In this document: positions 13,503-27,155 of the stretch, piece after piece
Numbering within the stretch: the stretch's first letter is position 1
How the letters are laid out: each line of letters begins with the position of its first letter
NCBI GenBank assembly: GCA_964016885.1
Contig: OZ024760.1
Location: 18,290,001 to 18,354,000, forward strand
Length of the DNA: 64,000 bases
Reading direction: 5' to 3'
Source: Eledone cirrhosa
Taxonomy: Eukaryota
Made by a program: the position numbers and the translations under genes
Notes under the pieces: generated by a model
What the model was told of the DNA's origin: nothing
The model's input: the letters and a program-made list of their open reading frames with translations, nothing else
The model's database searches: none

Positions 13503-14125
13503 GCATGGCTTGTTGCAAACATCTGTGTGTGTATGTGTAGACATGTGTGTGTTTGTATACACATGTATATACATGTGTATGTATGTGTATATGGCTTGTT
13601 GCAAACATCTGTGTGTGTGTGTGTATACATGTGTGTGTATGTATACACATATATATACATGTGTATGTATGTGTATGTCTCGTTGCAAACATCTGTGTGT
13701 GTGTGTATACATGTGTGTGTATGTATACACGTATATACATGTGTATGTATGTGTATATGGCTTGTTGCAAACATCTGTGTGTGTGTGTGTGTATATATAC
13801 ATGTGTGTGTATGTGTATATGGCTTGTTGCAAACATCTGTATGTATGTGTGTGTGTCTGTGTATATGTGTATGTATATACATGTGTATGTATGTGTATAT
13901 GGCTTGTTGCAAACATCTGTGTGTGTGTGTGTGTATATGTATATGTGTGTGTATATGTATATGTGTATACATGTGTATGTATGTGTATATGGCTTGTTAC
14001 AAACATCTGTGTGTGTGTGTATATATACATGTGTGTGTATATGTATATGTATATACATGTGTGTGTATGTGTATATGTGTATGTATATAAATCTGTATGT
14101 ATGTGTATATGGCTTGTTGCAAACA

Positions 14126-14174
<49 letters not shown>

Positions 14175-14400
14175 ATATGTGTGTGTATATATACATGTGT
14201 GTGTATATGTGTATGTATATACATGTGTATGTATGTGTATATGGCTTGTTACAAACATCTGTGTGAGTGTATATATACATGTGTGTGTATATGTATATGT
14301 ATATACATGTGTGTGTATGTGTATATGTGTATGTATATACATGTGTATGTATCTGTATATGGCTTGTTGCAAACATCTGTGTGTGTGTGTGTGTGTGCAT
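13503..14400. repeat. Compound minisatellite: constant ATGGCTTGTTGCAAACATCTGTG anchor plus variable TG/TA filler, ~10 units
   Basis: Direct inspection. Confidence 0.85.
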
Positions 14401-15085
14401 ATATACGTGTATGTGTGTGTGGATATGTATGTGTGTATATGTGTATGTTTACGTGTGTGTGTATATGTATGTATATATATAAATGTGAGTGTATATACAT
14501 ATATGTATATACATGTATATGTGTGTATATATACATGTCCTCAAGCTGACATCCTATCTTGTCTGTCTGTGGACTTTTAATTAATCCTTTCATTATCATA
14601 TTGCAATTAACTCTGGAAATAATTAAGAAATTTGTAATAAAACTAATTTTCTCAGTATTAACAGACGAGGGCAGTAGATTGGCAGAACCGGTAGAGCGTC
14701 AGACGAATGATTAGTTGTGTCTGCTCTGCCTCTTTACATTCAGAGTTCAAATCCCACCAAGGTCAGCTGTTCATGACAGGCCTGGCTAACCCATTAACCT
14801 GAGCAAACATGGCAAATAAATGTTGATGATGATGATGATAGACATGGCAAATAAATGTTGATGATGATGATGATAGACATACACACCCACATATATATAT
14901 ATACATATATATATATATATTTAAAGGTTAAACAAGGTTCAATGAATAAATCAAAAAATGAGTTTTACAATAGATTGGAAGCACTCCACAGAAATGGTTT
15001 TCCGGAGTTATTAATATTCATTCACTTGAGGCAAGAGTGGTTGTCTTGCTCGCATAGGACTGTCTGGCGGGTTTTCTACAGTTAT

Positions 15086-15426
15086 GGAGGCACATGGCTT
15101 AGTTGTTAGAGCATTGGCCTTGCAATCGAAAGGTTGTGAGTTCAATTCTGAGACCAGGTGATGTGTTGTTTCCTTGAGCAAGACACTTTATTTCACATTG
15201 CTCCAGTTTACTCAGCTGTAGAAATGAGATGGTAGGGACTGGGGTCCCTATCATTCCACTGCAAAGTGGACGTGGAGGTGCCACGGCAAAAAAAGCACCC
15301 AGCACTCACTGTAAATGAGGTTGGTGTTAGGAAGGGCATCCAGCTGTAGAAATCAAGCCAGAATCAGTTCCCGTCCCACCCTTGCAAGCAGGGAAAAGCG
15401 GACGTAAAATGATGATGATGATGATA
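15086..15426 (+). mobile_element. SINE family 1, full length
   Basis: Near-identical to 12873-13208. Confidence 0.9.
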
Positions 15427-15481
15427 TATATTCATATACACACACATGTATTGTATTTTGGAATGGTCATTCTGCCAATAA

Positions 15482-15513
<32 letters not shown>

Positions 15514-15779
15514 ACGCACACGCACACGCACACGCGCGCACACACACACACACACAGGTCATAATGTTTGATTTTTATTGATCTTGTCTCCACAGTTGTG
15601 TGTGTGTGTGTGTATATATATATGCATGTGTGTGTGTATATTTATATGCATGTGTGTGTGTATATATATATATATGTGTGTATGTATATGTGTGTGTGTG
15701 TGTATATATATGTGTGTGTGTATATATATATGTGTGTGTATGTATGTATATGTATATGTGTGTGTGTATGTAATATATA

Positions 15780-15832
<53 letters not shown>

Positions 15833-16134
15833 ATATGCCATATAATGAAGAGGTATATGTAGGTACAGAGGCACCAATAGAAAATATATGTAAATAGACC
15901 AACAAATATACATGAATAAATCAGTATAGAGGTATACAGGTTGATTGACAGGGTGGGAGATAGGTAGGGTGGAAGTTGGGGGGGGGAGAAGGAAGAGTTG
16001 GAATGGAGGGAACCTAGGGAGGGGTGGTGGAGTAAAGCTGGAAGGGTCGAGGCAGTTGGAGTGGAGTGGCGGCGTTGAATAAAACTAGTAGTGTAGTGGG
16101 GTGGAGGGAGCTGGGGGAAGAGTGGAGTGGAGCA

Positions 16135-16292
16135 GAGGGCTGGAGTGAAGTGGAGCAGTGGGGTGGAGTGAAGTGGAGCAGTGGGGTGGGGTGGAGTGAA
16201 GTGGAGCAGTGGGGTGGAGTGAAGTGGAGCAGTGGGGTGGAGTGAAGTGGAGCAGTGGGGTGGAGTGAAGTGGAGAAGTGAGGTGGAGTGAA
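16135..16292. repeat. 23-bp G-rich minisatellite (GGAGTGAAGTGGAGCAGTGGGGT)n
   Basis: Direct inspection. Confidence 0.85.
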
Positions 16293-16424
16293 GCTAAATA
16301 TTTATTTTCTGGGAAGTTTTGATATATTTTATTATCCTGAATGGCTTTATTATCCTGTATTGATTGTTATATACCCAGGTCTTTATATATACCACCCACA
16401 CTATACACCCTCTCTCTCTCTTTC

Positions 16425-16501
<77 letters not shown>

Positions 16502-16597
16502 ACACACATATATATACAAGGTACACACAGGTACACGCCCACTCTTAAATGTTTATATATCCACTACACAGACTTTAGACAAATACCCATACATAAA

Positions 16598-16628
<31 letters not shown>

Positions 16629-16637
16629 GTAGGTGTG

Positions 16638-16668
<31 letters not shown>

Positions 16669-17193
16669 ATATATATATATATATGTGTGTGTATATATAT
16701 ATATAGGTGTGTGTGTATATATATATATAGGTGTGTGTGTATATATATATATAGGTGTGTGTATATATATATATATAGGTGTGTGTATATATATAGGTGT
16801 GTATATATAGGTGTGTGTATATATATATATATATAGGTATGTGTGTATGTATATATATGCAGTGTGTATATGTATATATATGCAGTGTGTATATTGTATA
16901 TCCCAATAAAATAGTTACTATTTTTAGTTTTACAAATGTCAGACTGCTTTACAACTGGATGGAATGTTAAGCGAAGCTGTGTCAATGGTATATATAGATC
17001 TATAGTGTGTGTATATATATATACATACATACATACATATATATGCATATATATATATATGTATATGCATATATATATATATATATATATGCATATATAT
17101 ATATATGTATATGCATATATATATATATATATATATGCATATATATATGTATATACATATATAAATATATGTATATACATATATATATATAGA

Positions 17194-17375
17194 TATAGAA
17201 GAGCTTCTACAGGACTAGAACTGTTTCATTCGTGAGAAATCATCAGGAAGCCCTGATGATTTCTCTCGAACGAATGAAACAGTTCTAGTTCTGTAGAAGC
17301 TCTTCTATATTAAAACTTTTATACTCTGCTATGTATTGAGTACCTTACTTACTGTGGTTACCTCCGATTCAACCC
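17194..17375. mobile_element. Penelope-like inverted cassette, family B
   Basis: Arms ~17194-17247 and ~17252-17310, then a tail with GTATTGAGTACC; between (TA)n tracts. Confidence 0.75.
17201..17253 (-). ncRNA. Type I hammerhead ribozyme, family B
   Basis: GGGCUUC CUGAUGA U UUC UCAC GAA U GAAA CAG UUCUAGUC CUG UA GAAGCUC: 7-bp stem I, stem III ACAG/CUGU, GUA triplet; the + strand copy from 17253 lacks the 5' strand of stem I. Confidence 0.8.
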
Positions 17376-17380
17376 GGAAT

Positions 17381-17434
<54 letters not shown>

Positions 17435-17538
17435 CATATCATCATGTATATATGCATATGTACATGTGTATATATATACATACATATATATGCATATGTA
17501 TGTGTATATATATATACATACATATATATTTATCTATC

Positions 17539-17570
<32 letters not shown>

Positions 17571-17643
17571 CATACATACATATATATTTATCTATCTACA
17601 TACATATATATATGCATATATGTGTGTACATATATATGTATAT

Positions 17644-17695
<52 letters not shown>

Positions 17696-17895
17696 ATATA
17701 TATCTATATATATATATCTATATATATCTATATATATATATATATCTATATATATATCTATATATCTATATATATATATAGATATATATATATATAGATA
17801 TATATCTATATATATATATCTATATATATCTATATATATATATATATATATATCTATATATAGATATATATATATATATATATATAGATATATAT

Positions 17896-17928
<33 letters not shown>

Positions 17929-18029
17929 TATATATAGATATATATATATATATAGATATATATATATATCTATATAGATATATATATATATCTATATAGA
18001 TATATATAGATCTATATATATAGATCTAT

Positions 18030-18063
<34 letters not shown>

Positions 18064-18249
18064 ATATCTCTCTATATATATATATATGGTGAATAGGCTG
18101 TTATTTAGAACCCCATGCCAGTCTTGATCCAGAAAACATTCCTGCCATGACCATCTTGCCTTATCAGCCATAATGGAATCTCAAACTACATTAGTCAAGG
18201 TAGGTTATTTCAAGAGAAATTTACCTCCTATTTTTTACAAAATCAAGTA

Positions 18250-18335
<86 letters not shown>

Positions 18336-19209
18336 GTCTGTATATGTCTCTCTCGCTCGCCTTGTCTCTCTTTCTCTCACCGTCTCTCTCTGTCTGTCTG
18401 ACTATATCTCTCTCTTCTTTCTCTCTCTGTCTTTGTCTCACTGTCTCTCTTTCTCTCTCTCTCTCTCATTGTCTGTCTCCTCTTTCTCTCTCTGTATTTG
18501 TCTCTCACTCTCTGTCTCTATCTCACTATCTGTTGTCTTTCACCTCTCTCCCTCCCCCTCCCTCTCTACCCCTATCTTACCTATAAACTGTTCTACAATC
18601 CTGTTATTACCTCATGTACAATACCTGAAGTTTTACCTCCTGTCTACACCCTACCCCCCTACCCAATCCCCACCAATCCTCCTCTACCCACCCTCTTCTA
18701 CCTGACTATTCTCCCGCCTATCATCCACCTCTCTCCAACCTCTACTTTTCCTGTCTACCCTCTACCCACCTTTAACCTTCCACCACCTACCACCCACCAC
18801 CTACCACCCACCCACCCTTATTGACTTTTATTCATTCAATATTTGACACGGGTTGAAATACCTCTTGTTATTCTATTGGTGGTGTTGTTGTTGGTGATGG
18901 TATTGGTGGTGGTGGTGGTGGTGGTGATGATGGTATTGGTGGTGGTGGTGGTGGTGGTGATGATGGTATTGGTATTGGTGGTGGTGGTGGTGGTGTTGAT
19001 GGTGGTGGTGGTGGTGGTATTGGTGATGGTATTGGTGGTGGTGATGTTGGTGGTAATGGTGGTGGTGGTGATGATGGTATTGGTGGTGGTGATGATGATA
19101 TTGGTGGTGGTGATGATGATATTGGTGTTGATGGTGGTGGTAGTGGTGTTGGTGGTGATTGTGTTTAGGTTTTTATTTTTTTACTGATGGTGGTAGCAGT
19201 GTTTGCTGC

Positions 19210-20410
19210 TACAGTTGTTGTTGTTCTACCTGTTGCTGTTGTTGTTGTTCTACCTGTTGCTGTTGTTGTTGTTCTACCTGTTGCTGTTGTTGTTGTTCTA
19301 CCTGTTGCTGTTGTTGTTGTTCTACCTGTTGCTGTTGTTGTTGTTCTACCTGTTGCTGTTGTTGTTGTTCTACCTGTTGCTGTTGTTGTTGGTCTACCTG
19401 TTGCTGTTGTTGTTGTTGTTCTACCTGTTGCTGTTGTTGTTGTTCTACCTGTTGTAGCTTGGCTGTGTGAAATATTTGCATCTATTCAAGTGAATGGGGG
19501 TAAAAAATGCGGCCAGCCTTTCTTAATTTCTCTCCCTCTCTCACCCCCTCTCTCTCGGTCTTGTTTCTTTCTTTCTTTCTCTACCTCTCTCTATCACTCT
19601 CTCTCTCTTTATCTACCTTTTTTCTACATGTCTTTTTCTTTTTGTCTTTGTTTTTTGTTTCTTTCTCCTATATATATATGTGTGTGTGTGTATGTAGTAT
19701 TTATTTCACCACCACCACCACCATCATTACCACTACCGCCACCACCATCATTACCACTACCGCCACCACCATCATTACCACTACCGCCACCACCATCATT
19801 ACCACTACCGCCACCTCCATCATCATTACCACTACCGCCACCTCCATCATCATTACCACTACCGCCACCTCCACCATCATTACCACTACCGCCACCTCCA
19901 TCATCATTACCACTACCGCCACCTCCATCATCATTACCACTACCGCCACCTCCATCATCATTACCACTACCGCCACCTCCACCATCATTACCACTACCAC
20001 CACCACCATCATTACCACTACCACCACCATCATCATCATTACCACTACCGCCACCTCCATCATCATTACCACTACCACCACCTCCATCATCATTACCACT
20101 ACCGCCACCTCCATCATCATTACCACTACCGCCACCTCCATCATCATTACCACTACCGCCACCTCCATCATCATTACCACTACCGCCACCTCCACCATCA
20201 TTACCACTACCACCACCACCATCATTACCACTACCACCACCATCATCATCATTACCACTACCGCCACCTCCATCATCATTACCACTACCACCACCTCCAT
20301 CATCATTACCACTACCGCCACCTCCATCATCATTACCACTACCACCACCTCCATCATCATTACCACTACCGCCACCTTCATCATCATCATCAATATCACC
20401 ACCTCCATCA
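19210..20410. repeat. 24-bp (CTACCTGTTGCTGTTGTTGTTGTT)n array followed by a 27-30 bp (CCA/TCA)-rich minisatellite
   Basis: Direct inspection. Confidence 0.85.
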
Positions 20411-20449
20411 TCTTAATTGGCAGAAATGGTGAAAAGCAACAATTAAAAA

Positions 20450-21210
20450 TGTCTGGAATACATCTAGAGTTTATCTGGAGTATATCTGGAATATATTTGG
20501 AATCTCTGGAATATATCTGGAGTATGTCTGGAATATATTTGGAATCTCTGGAATATATCTGGAGTGTATCTGGAATATATTTGGAATCTCTGGAATACAT
20601 CTGGAGTATGTCTGGGATTTATCTGGAGTATGTCTGGAATTTATCTGAAATGTATCTGGAACATATCTGGAGTGTGTCTGGAATACATTTAGAGTGTGTC
20701 TGGAATACATTTAGAGTGTGTCTGGAACACATCTGGAGTATGTCTGGAACATATCTGGAGTGTGTCTGGAACATATCTGGAGTGTGTCTGGAGCATATCT
20801 GGAGAATGTCTGGAACATATTTGGAATATATCTGGAGTGTGTCTGAACATGTCTGGAACACATCTGGAGTATGTCTGGAACTTAACTGGAGTGTGTCTGG
20901 AACATATCTGGAGTATGTCTGGAGCATATCTGGAGTATGTCTGGAGCATATCTGGAGTATGTCTGGAGCATATCTGGAGTGTGTCTGGAACATATCTGGA
21001 GTATGTCTGGAACATATCTGGAGTATGTCTGGAGCATATTTGGAGTGTGTCTGGAACATATCTGGAGTATGTCTGGAACACATCTGGAGCATATCTGGAG
21101 TGTGTCTGGAACACATTTGGAGTGTGTGTCTGGAACTTATCTGGAGTGTGTCTGGAACACATCTGGAGTGTGTCTGGAACACATCTGGAGGAGTGTGTCT
21201 GGAACATAGA
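20450..21210. repeat. TCTGGA-based ~12/24-bp minisatellite
   Basis: Alternating TCTGGAACATA and TCTGGAGTGTG units. Confidence 0.85.
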
Positions 21211-21839
21211 TGAGATATGACTGTGTAATATGTCAGGAATTCCAAAATTTCTTCCATACCAGGAATTTCTGCAGATGAAACATTCCTCCTCCTGTCTCTC
21301 CTCATCACCTCCTCCCCCCCCCCCTCCTCTTTCACTTCTGTTGTTGCTCTTTGATCAGTGAATTATGAAATATTTTCCTGTTCAATGCCTGATCAATCGA
21401 TACTACAGTGATGTGACTAATATACTGCAGTAGGTCTCGTCAGACCCCTCCCCCCTCTCCTCCCTCTAATTCACCTCAACAGGGGGGGGGGTATGGCTAC
21501 ACCCTTATATTATAATTTACTGTAATAGATCGTCCCACCACCACCACCACACCACCATCATCACCACCACCTCCACACAACACCACCACCACTACCACAC
21601 ATCACTACCCACCACCACCACCACCATCACCACACACTCCACCACCATCACCACCACCACTACACACTCCACCACTACACACCACCACCACTACACACCA
21701 CCACCACTACACACCACCACCACTACACACTCCACCACTACACCAACCCTAGATTACAACATGGCTTCTTGCTACATCGTTGCTCTTCAATAGAGTTTCA
21801 TTATAGACTTGGGTGTTTGGTGTGGTTAAATTAACTTTC

Positions 21840-22416
21840 AACACAACCACTACCACCACTACTACCACTACCACCACCACTACCACTACCACCACCACTA
21901 CTAGAACCACCACCACCACCAGAACTACTACCACCACTACCACTACTAGAACTACCACCACCACTACCACTACTAGAACCACCACCACCAGAACCACTAC
22001 CACCACTAGAACTACTACCACCACCAGCAGAACCACTACCACCACTACCACTACTAGAACTACCACCACCACCACCAGAACCACTACCACCACTACCACT
22101 ACTAGAACTACCACCACCACCACCACTACTAGAACTACCACCACCACCACCAGAACCACTACCACCACTAGAACTACTACCACCACCAGCAGAACCACTA
22201 CCACCACTACCACTACTAGAACTACCACCACCACCACCACTACTAGAACTACTACCACCACCAGCAGAACCACTACCACCACTACCACTACTAGAACTAC
22301 CACCACCACAACCAGAACCACTTCCACTACCACCACTACCACCTCCACCACACCCTACATCTGTACTGTAGATTCTGAAATTAGCTCTCTCACTCCAGCC
22401 ATCTCTCTCACTCCAG

Positions 22417-22449
<33 letters not shown>

Positions 22450-22518
22450 GCCATCTCTCTCACTCCAGCCCTCTCTCTCTCTCTCTCTCTCTCTCTCCAG
22501 CCATCTCTCTCACTCCAG

Positions 22519-22559
<41 letters not shown>

Positions 22560-23070
22560 GCCATCTCTCTCACTCCAGCTCTCTCTCTCTCACTCCAGCC
22601 CTCTCTCTCTCTCCAGCCATCTCTCTCACTCCAGCCCTCTCTCTCTCTCCAGCCATCTCTCTCACTCCAGCCCTCTCTCTCTCTCCAGCCATCTCTCTCA
22701 CTCCAGCCCTCTCTCTCTCTCCAGCCATCTCTCTCACTCCAGCCCTCTCTCTCTCTCCAGCCATCTCTCTCACTCCAGCCCTCTCTCTCTCTCCAGCCAT
22801 CTCTCTCACTCCAGCCCTCTCTCTCTCTCTCTCTCTCTCTCTCCAGCCATCTCTCTCACTCCAGCCATCTCTCTCACTCCAGCTCTCTCTCTCTCACCAG
22901 CCATCTCTCTCACTCCAGCCCTCTCTCTCTCTCTCTCTCACTCCAGCTCTCTCTATCCCTCCAGCTCTCTCTATCCCTCCAGCCCTCTCTCCCTCCCTCC
23001 AGCCCTCTCTCCCTCTCTCCAGCCCTCTCTCCCTCTCTCTCTCCAGCCCTCCCTCTCTCTCCCTCTAACT
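21840..23070. repeat. (ACC/ACT/AGA)n simple repeat, then a (CT)n-CCAGC ~33-bp minisatellite
   Basis: Direct inspection. Confidence 0.85.
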
Positions 23071-23547
23071 CTCTGGGTTTCCCTCCCTTCATTCAACATA
23101 AATATTCATAAAATTAATCAAACGTACCTTAATTTCATGGCACACCTAGAAATTATTGGTGACAAAACCAAAGTGTTGTGCCAGCCCCACAGTTTATCAG
23201 TGAATCTCTAAAGTGCCATGACACAACCACAGGTTATTGGTGACACCCTAAAATGCCCGCAACTCATCGATTAGAACCTCCTGAACTAACAACCATGAAG
23301 GTCATTCCAAACCCCAATCCCACCCAGTGTGTCCACACTAAACCTCACACCCCCACCCCACCCCACCCAGTATGTCTACACTCAACCTCACACCGCCACC
23401 CCACCCAGTATCTCCACACTCTGGTGATTGAAACCAGTGAAAGTAGGGTAGTGTCTTTCATTAGAAATATAGTAAATGCATTACTCTATATATCATCATC
23501 AACATCATCATCATCGTTTAACGTCCATCTTCCATGCTAGCATGGGT

Positions 23548-24442
23548 GGTAAAGGCTTTACCTCACATAATATCTCACATAACATTGACATTACTCTATA
23601 TATACTATTGTATTTTCACAGTAAAGGCTTTACCTTACATAATATCTCACATAACATTTATATTACTCTATATATACTATTGTATTTTCACAGTAAAGGC
23701 TTTACCTCACATAATATCTCACATAACATTGACATTACTCTATATATACTATTGTATTTTCACAGTAAAGGCTTTACCTCACATAATATCTCACATAACA
23801 TTGACATTACTCTATATATACTATTGTATTTTCACAGTAAAGGCTTTACCTCACATAATATCTCACATACCATTTATATTACTCTATATATACTATTGTA
23901 TTTTCACGGTAAAGGCTTTACTTCACATAATATCTCACATAACATTTACATTACTCTATATATACTATTGTATTTTCACGGTAAAGGCTTTACTTCACAT
24001 AATATCTCACATAACATTTACATTACTCTATATATACTATTGTATTTTCACGGTAAAGGCTTTACTTCACATAATATCTCACATAACATTTACATTACTC
24101 TATACTATTGTATTTTCACGGTAAACACTTTATCTCACATAATATCTCACATAACATTTACATTACTCTATACTATTGTATTTTCACGTTAAACACTTTA
24201 TCTCACATAATTATCTCACATAACATTTACATTACTCTATATATATACTATTGTATTTTCACGGTAAACACTTTATCTCACATAATTATCTCACATAATA
24301 TCAAATCTATGATATTTTGATATTATTTATTTTGAGAACAATACCTTTATGTCAGTATGAGTGGTCAGTTACAGCCAGTTTGAACAGAAAACGGTGAGAG
24401 AATTCTGGCCGGATATGGTCGGTTTAAATACTAAAGGGTTAA
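23548..24442 (+). mobile_element. piggyBac-type MITE 3' part with ~10x internal 72-bp expansion
   Basis: 72-bp units followed by the unique MITE body, ending TTTAAATACTAAAGGG-TTAA; compare monomer 39687-39906. Confidence 0.8.
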
Positions 24443-24814
24443 ACCCTTTGGGTGGGAAGAATCAACTCCTTATTATAGAGTTGATTCTTCCCACCTACGC
24501 ATGCAAGTACACACAGACATATATACACACACACACTCACATACACACACACACACATATAGGGTCAGACCAAGCTCTTACCCTCTTCCCTCTCTATATC
24601 CAACCCTTAATTGATGGAACCAGAGCTAAAAATAGCAAACATAAAATCTGGGGAATCATTTATAGAGGAAGTATAACAGTTAATATTTATAGCAATAGAC
24701 TTTAATGTATTTCACACACACACACACACACACACTATATATAATTTACACACACACACACTATATACAATTTACACACACACATATATGTAGCATGAAT
24801 ATATATATATATAT

Positions 24815-25000
24815 AATAATGAAATTATTGTGTAAAGTGCTCAGGTGCACTACAACTCGTCAAAGGTGCATGTATAGTACATAGAATAATACACAAATGT
24901 CAGGGAAGTGAATAGTGTATGAGTCATGATATACATGTGTGTATGTGTATGGAGGGGGAACATTAGGTGTAGTGTTGGCGAATCTCGGGAAGCATGGAGG

Positions 25001-25002
<2 letters not shown>
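24815..25002 (-). mobile_element. CR1-like LINE 3' UTR fragment
   Basis: Reverse complement of 46066-46255. Confidence 0.7.
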
Positions 25003-25037
<35 letters not shown>

Positions 25038-25153
25038 AAAATGGAACAGGAACAAAACAGAGAGGCAGTACAAACAAAGGTTTATTAGTTTCACGCTTAT
25101 GAGAGTGGGCGGGGGGGGGGGGGACATTTTTATGCCATATATATATTTTTAAA

Positions 25154-25190
<37 letters not shown>

Positions 25191-25282
25191 CTTTAAAAAT
25201 GAGGCTTCTTTGCATAATTGCAAACGAATCGAATCAAACAACTCGGATTACATTTATTATATTCAGCCATGTAGAACGAAAA

Positions 25283-25320
<38 letters not shown>

Positions 25321-25462
25321 CCAAATGTTAAACAAGGTTCATTGATTATTCAATGAATATAGTTTTACAATAGATTAAAAGCACTCAAAAAAGAAGTTTT
25401 CTGGAGTTATTAATATTATTCAAAATATTAATAAATATAGACATTCACATAATCAAAATATG

Positions 25463-25525
25463 TTTTATTATATATATTTCGGAGGTACTGTGCTGTTTTT
25501 TTCAGTACGTCCTCATCAGATAAAA
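25463..25525 (-). ncRNA. Minimal hammerhead ribozyme, family A
   Basis: UUUUAU CUGAUGA GGACGUACUG...CAGUACCUCC GAAA UAUAUA UA AUAAAA. Confidence 0.8.
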
Positions 25526-25660
25526 TACATAAATTGATGTATGACATACCTCAACTGTGCTGATGGTTCAATTCCAGTTTTGGCTGGTTCAATTCCAGTT
25601 CTGCCAAGACTGGAATTGAACCATCAGCACAGTTGAGGTATGTCATACATCAATTTATGT

Positions 25661-25724
25661 ATTTTATCTGATGAGGACGTACTGAAAAAACAGCACAGTA
25701 CCTCCGAAATATATATAATAATAA

Positions 25725-25726
<2 letters not shown>
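25661..25726 (+). ncRNA. Minimal hammerhead ribozyme, family A (inverted partner)
   Basis: AUUUUAU CUGAUGA GGACGUACUG...CAGUACCUCC GAAA UAUAUA UA AUA AUAAAA; 3-nt insertion after the cleavage site. Confidence 0.7.
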
Positions 25727-25762
<36 letters not shown>

Positions 25763-25902
25763 AACTTGTGCGATACAACACATACACCCCACACAGTATA
25801 ATTTACACACACCTACTATACACCATACACACACATATATATATATACAAACACACAAACACTATACACCATACACACATATATTCAAGCATGTATGTAG
25901 CA

Positions 25903-25939
<37 letters not shown>

Positions 25940-26141
25940 ACCACTGCAAACATGTGAGATACAACACCCTCCCTCACAAACACATGTAGTATGACTTTAA
26001 GCATATCATCATCATCATCATCATACATTCATTTTCCCTGCTAGCTAGGGTTGGATGGGTCTACATAGACCAAGTCAGCACTGAAGTGGGGCTACAGACC
26101 TCCCAGACAGGCTTAGCGGGGTCTGTATCCTTCTTACATAT

Positions 26142-26484
26142 GGAGAGGCACATGGCTTAGTGGTTAGAGCATTGGTCTTGCAATCGAAAGGTTGTGAGTT
26201 CAATTCTCAGACCGGGTGATGTGTTGTTTCCTTGAGCAAGAAACTTTATTTCACATTGCTCCAGTTTACTCAGCTGTAGAAATGAGATGATAGGGACTGG
26301 GGTCCCTATCATTCCACTGCAGAGTGGTCGTGGAGGTGCCACGGCAAAAAAAGCACCCAGCACTCACTGTAAATGAGGTTGGTGTTAGGAAGGGCATCCA
26401 GCTGTAGAAATCAAGCCAGCATCAGTTCCCGTCCCACCCTTGCAAGCAGGGAAAAAAGCGGACGTAAAATGAAAATGAATGAAT
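26142..26484 (+). mobile_element. SINE family 1, full length
   Basis: Near-identical to the other copies. Confidence 0.9.
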
Positions 26485-26776
26485 ATGGTCATATTAAGTG
26501 CAGAAGGGGTGTATATGAAATCATATGCTATATGTAACGTTGTGCTGAACGGCCATAAGCCTGTAAATCACTCCGCAAACCTGTCTCGCTCCTGCATATT
26601 GTTTTACAGATGTGACACACATGAAACCCCACAGACAGTCCTGAACATATCTGCCTCATTATGCACTCTCAAGTGCCACTTGAGCCCAGGATGATAGGAC
26701 TGGGGTCCCTATCATTAACATTACCCAAGCCACTGCCAATGAGATATACCTTGGAGGAGGCCAGCTAAACCTGTAC

Positions 26777-27155
26777 AGGTGTGAGCTGTCACACACACAC
26801 ACATACATAGGTGTGAGCTGTCACACACACAGACATACATAGGTGTGAGCTGTCACACACACACATACATAGGTGTGAGCTGTCACACACACACACATAC
26901 ATAGGTGTGAGCTGTCACACACACACACACACATACATAGGTGTGAGCTGTCACACACACACATACATAGGTGTGAGCTGTCACACACACACACATACAT
27001 AGGTGTGAGCTGTCACACACACACACATACATAGGTGTGAGCTGTCACACACACACATACATAGGTGTGAGCTGTCACACACACACACATACATAGGTGT
27101 GAGCTGTCACACACAGACACATACATAGGTGTGAGCTGTCACACACAGACACAGG
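26777..27155. repeat. ~30-36 bp minisatellite AGGTGTGAGCTGT(CA)nTACAT, ~12 copies
   Basis: Direct inspection. Confidence 0.9.

Larger units (their letters stand above)
25321..25730. mobile_element. Penelope-like inverted cassette, family A
   Basis: ~125-bp arms (25459-25584 / 25603-25730) with an 18-nt spacer duplicating the arm end; 25321-25420 is also similar to 14925-15022. Confidence 0.8.

Noticed and set aside
13503-14400. CRISPR-like constant repeat with variable spacers (also 38598-39070 and 26777-27155)
   Set aside because: Spacers are mutually related low-complexity TG/TA runs; no cas genes; eukaryotic context.
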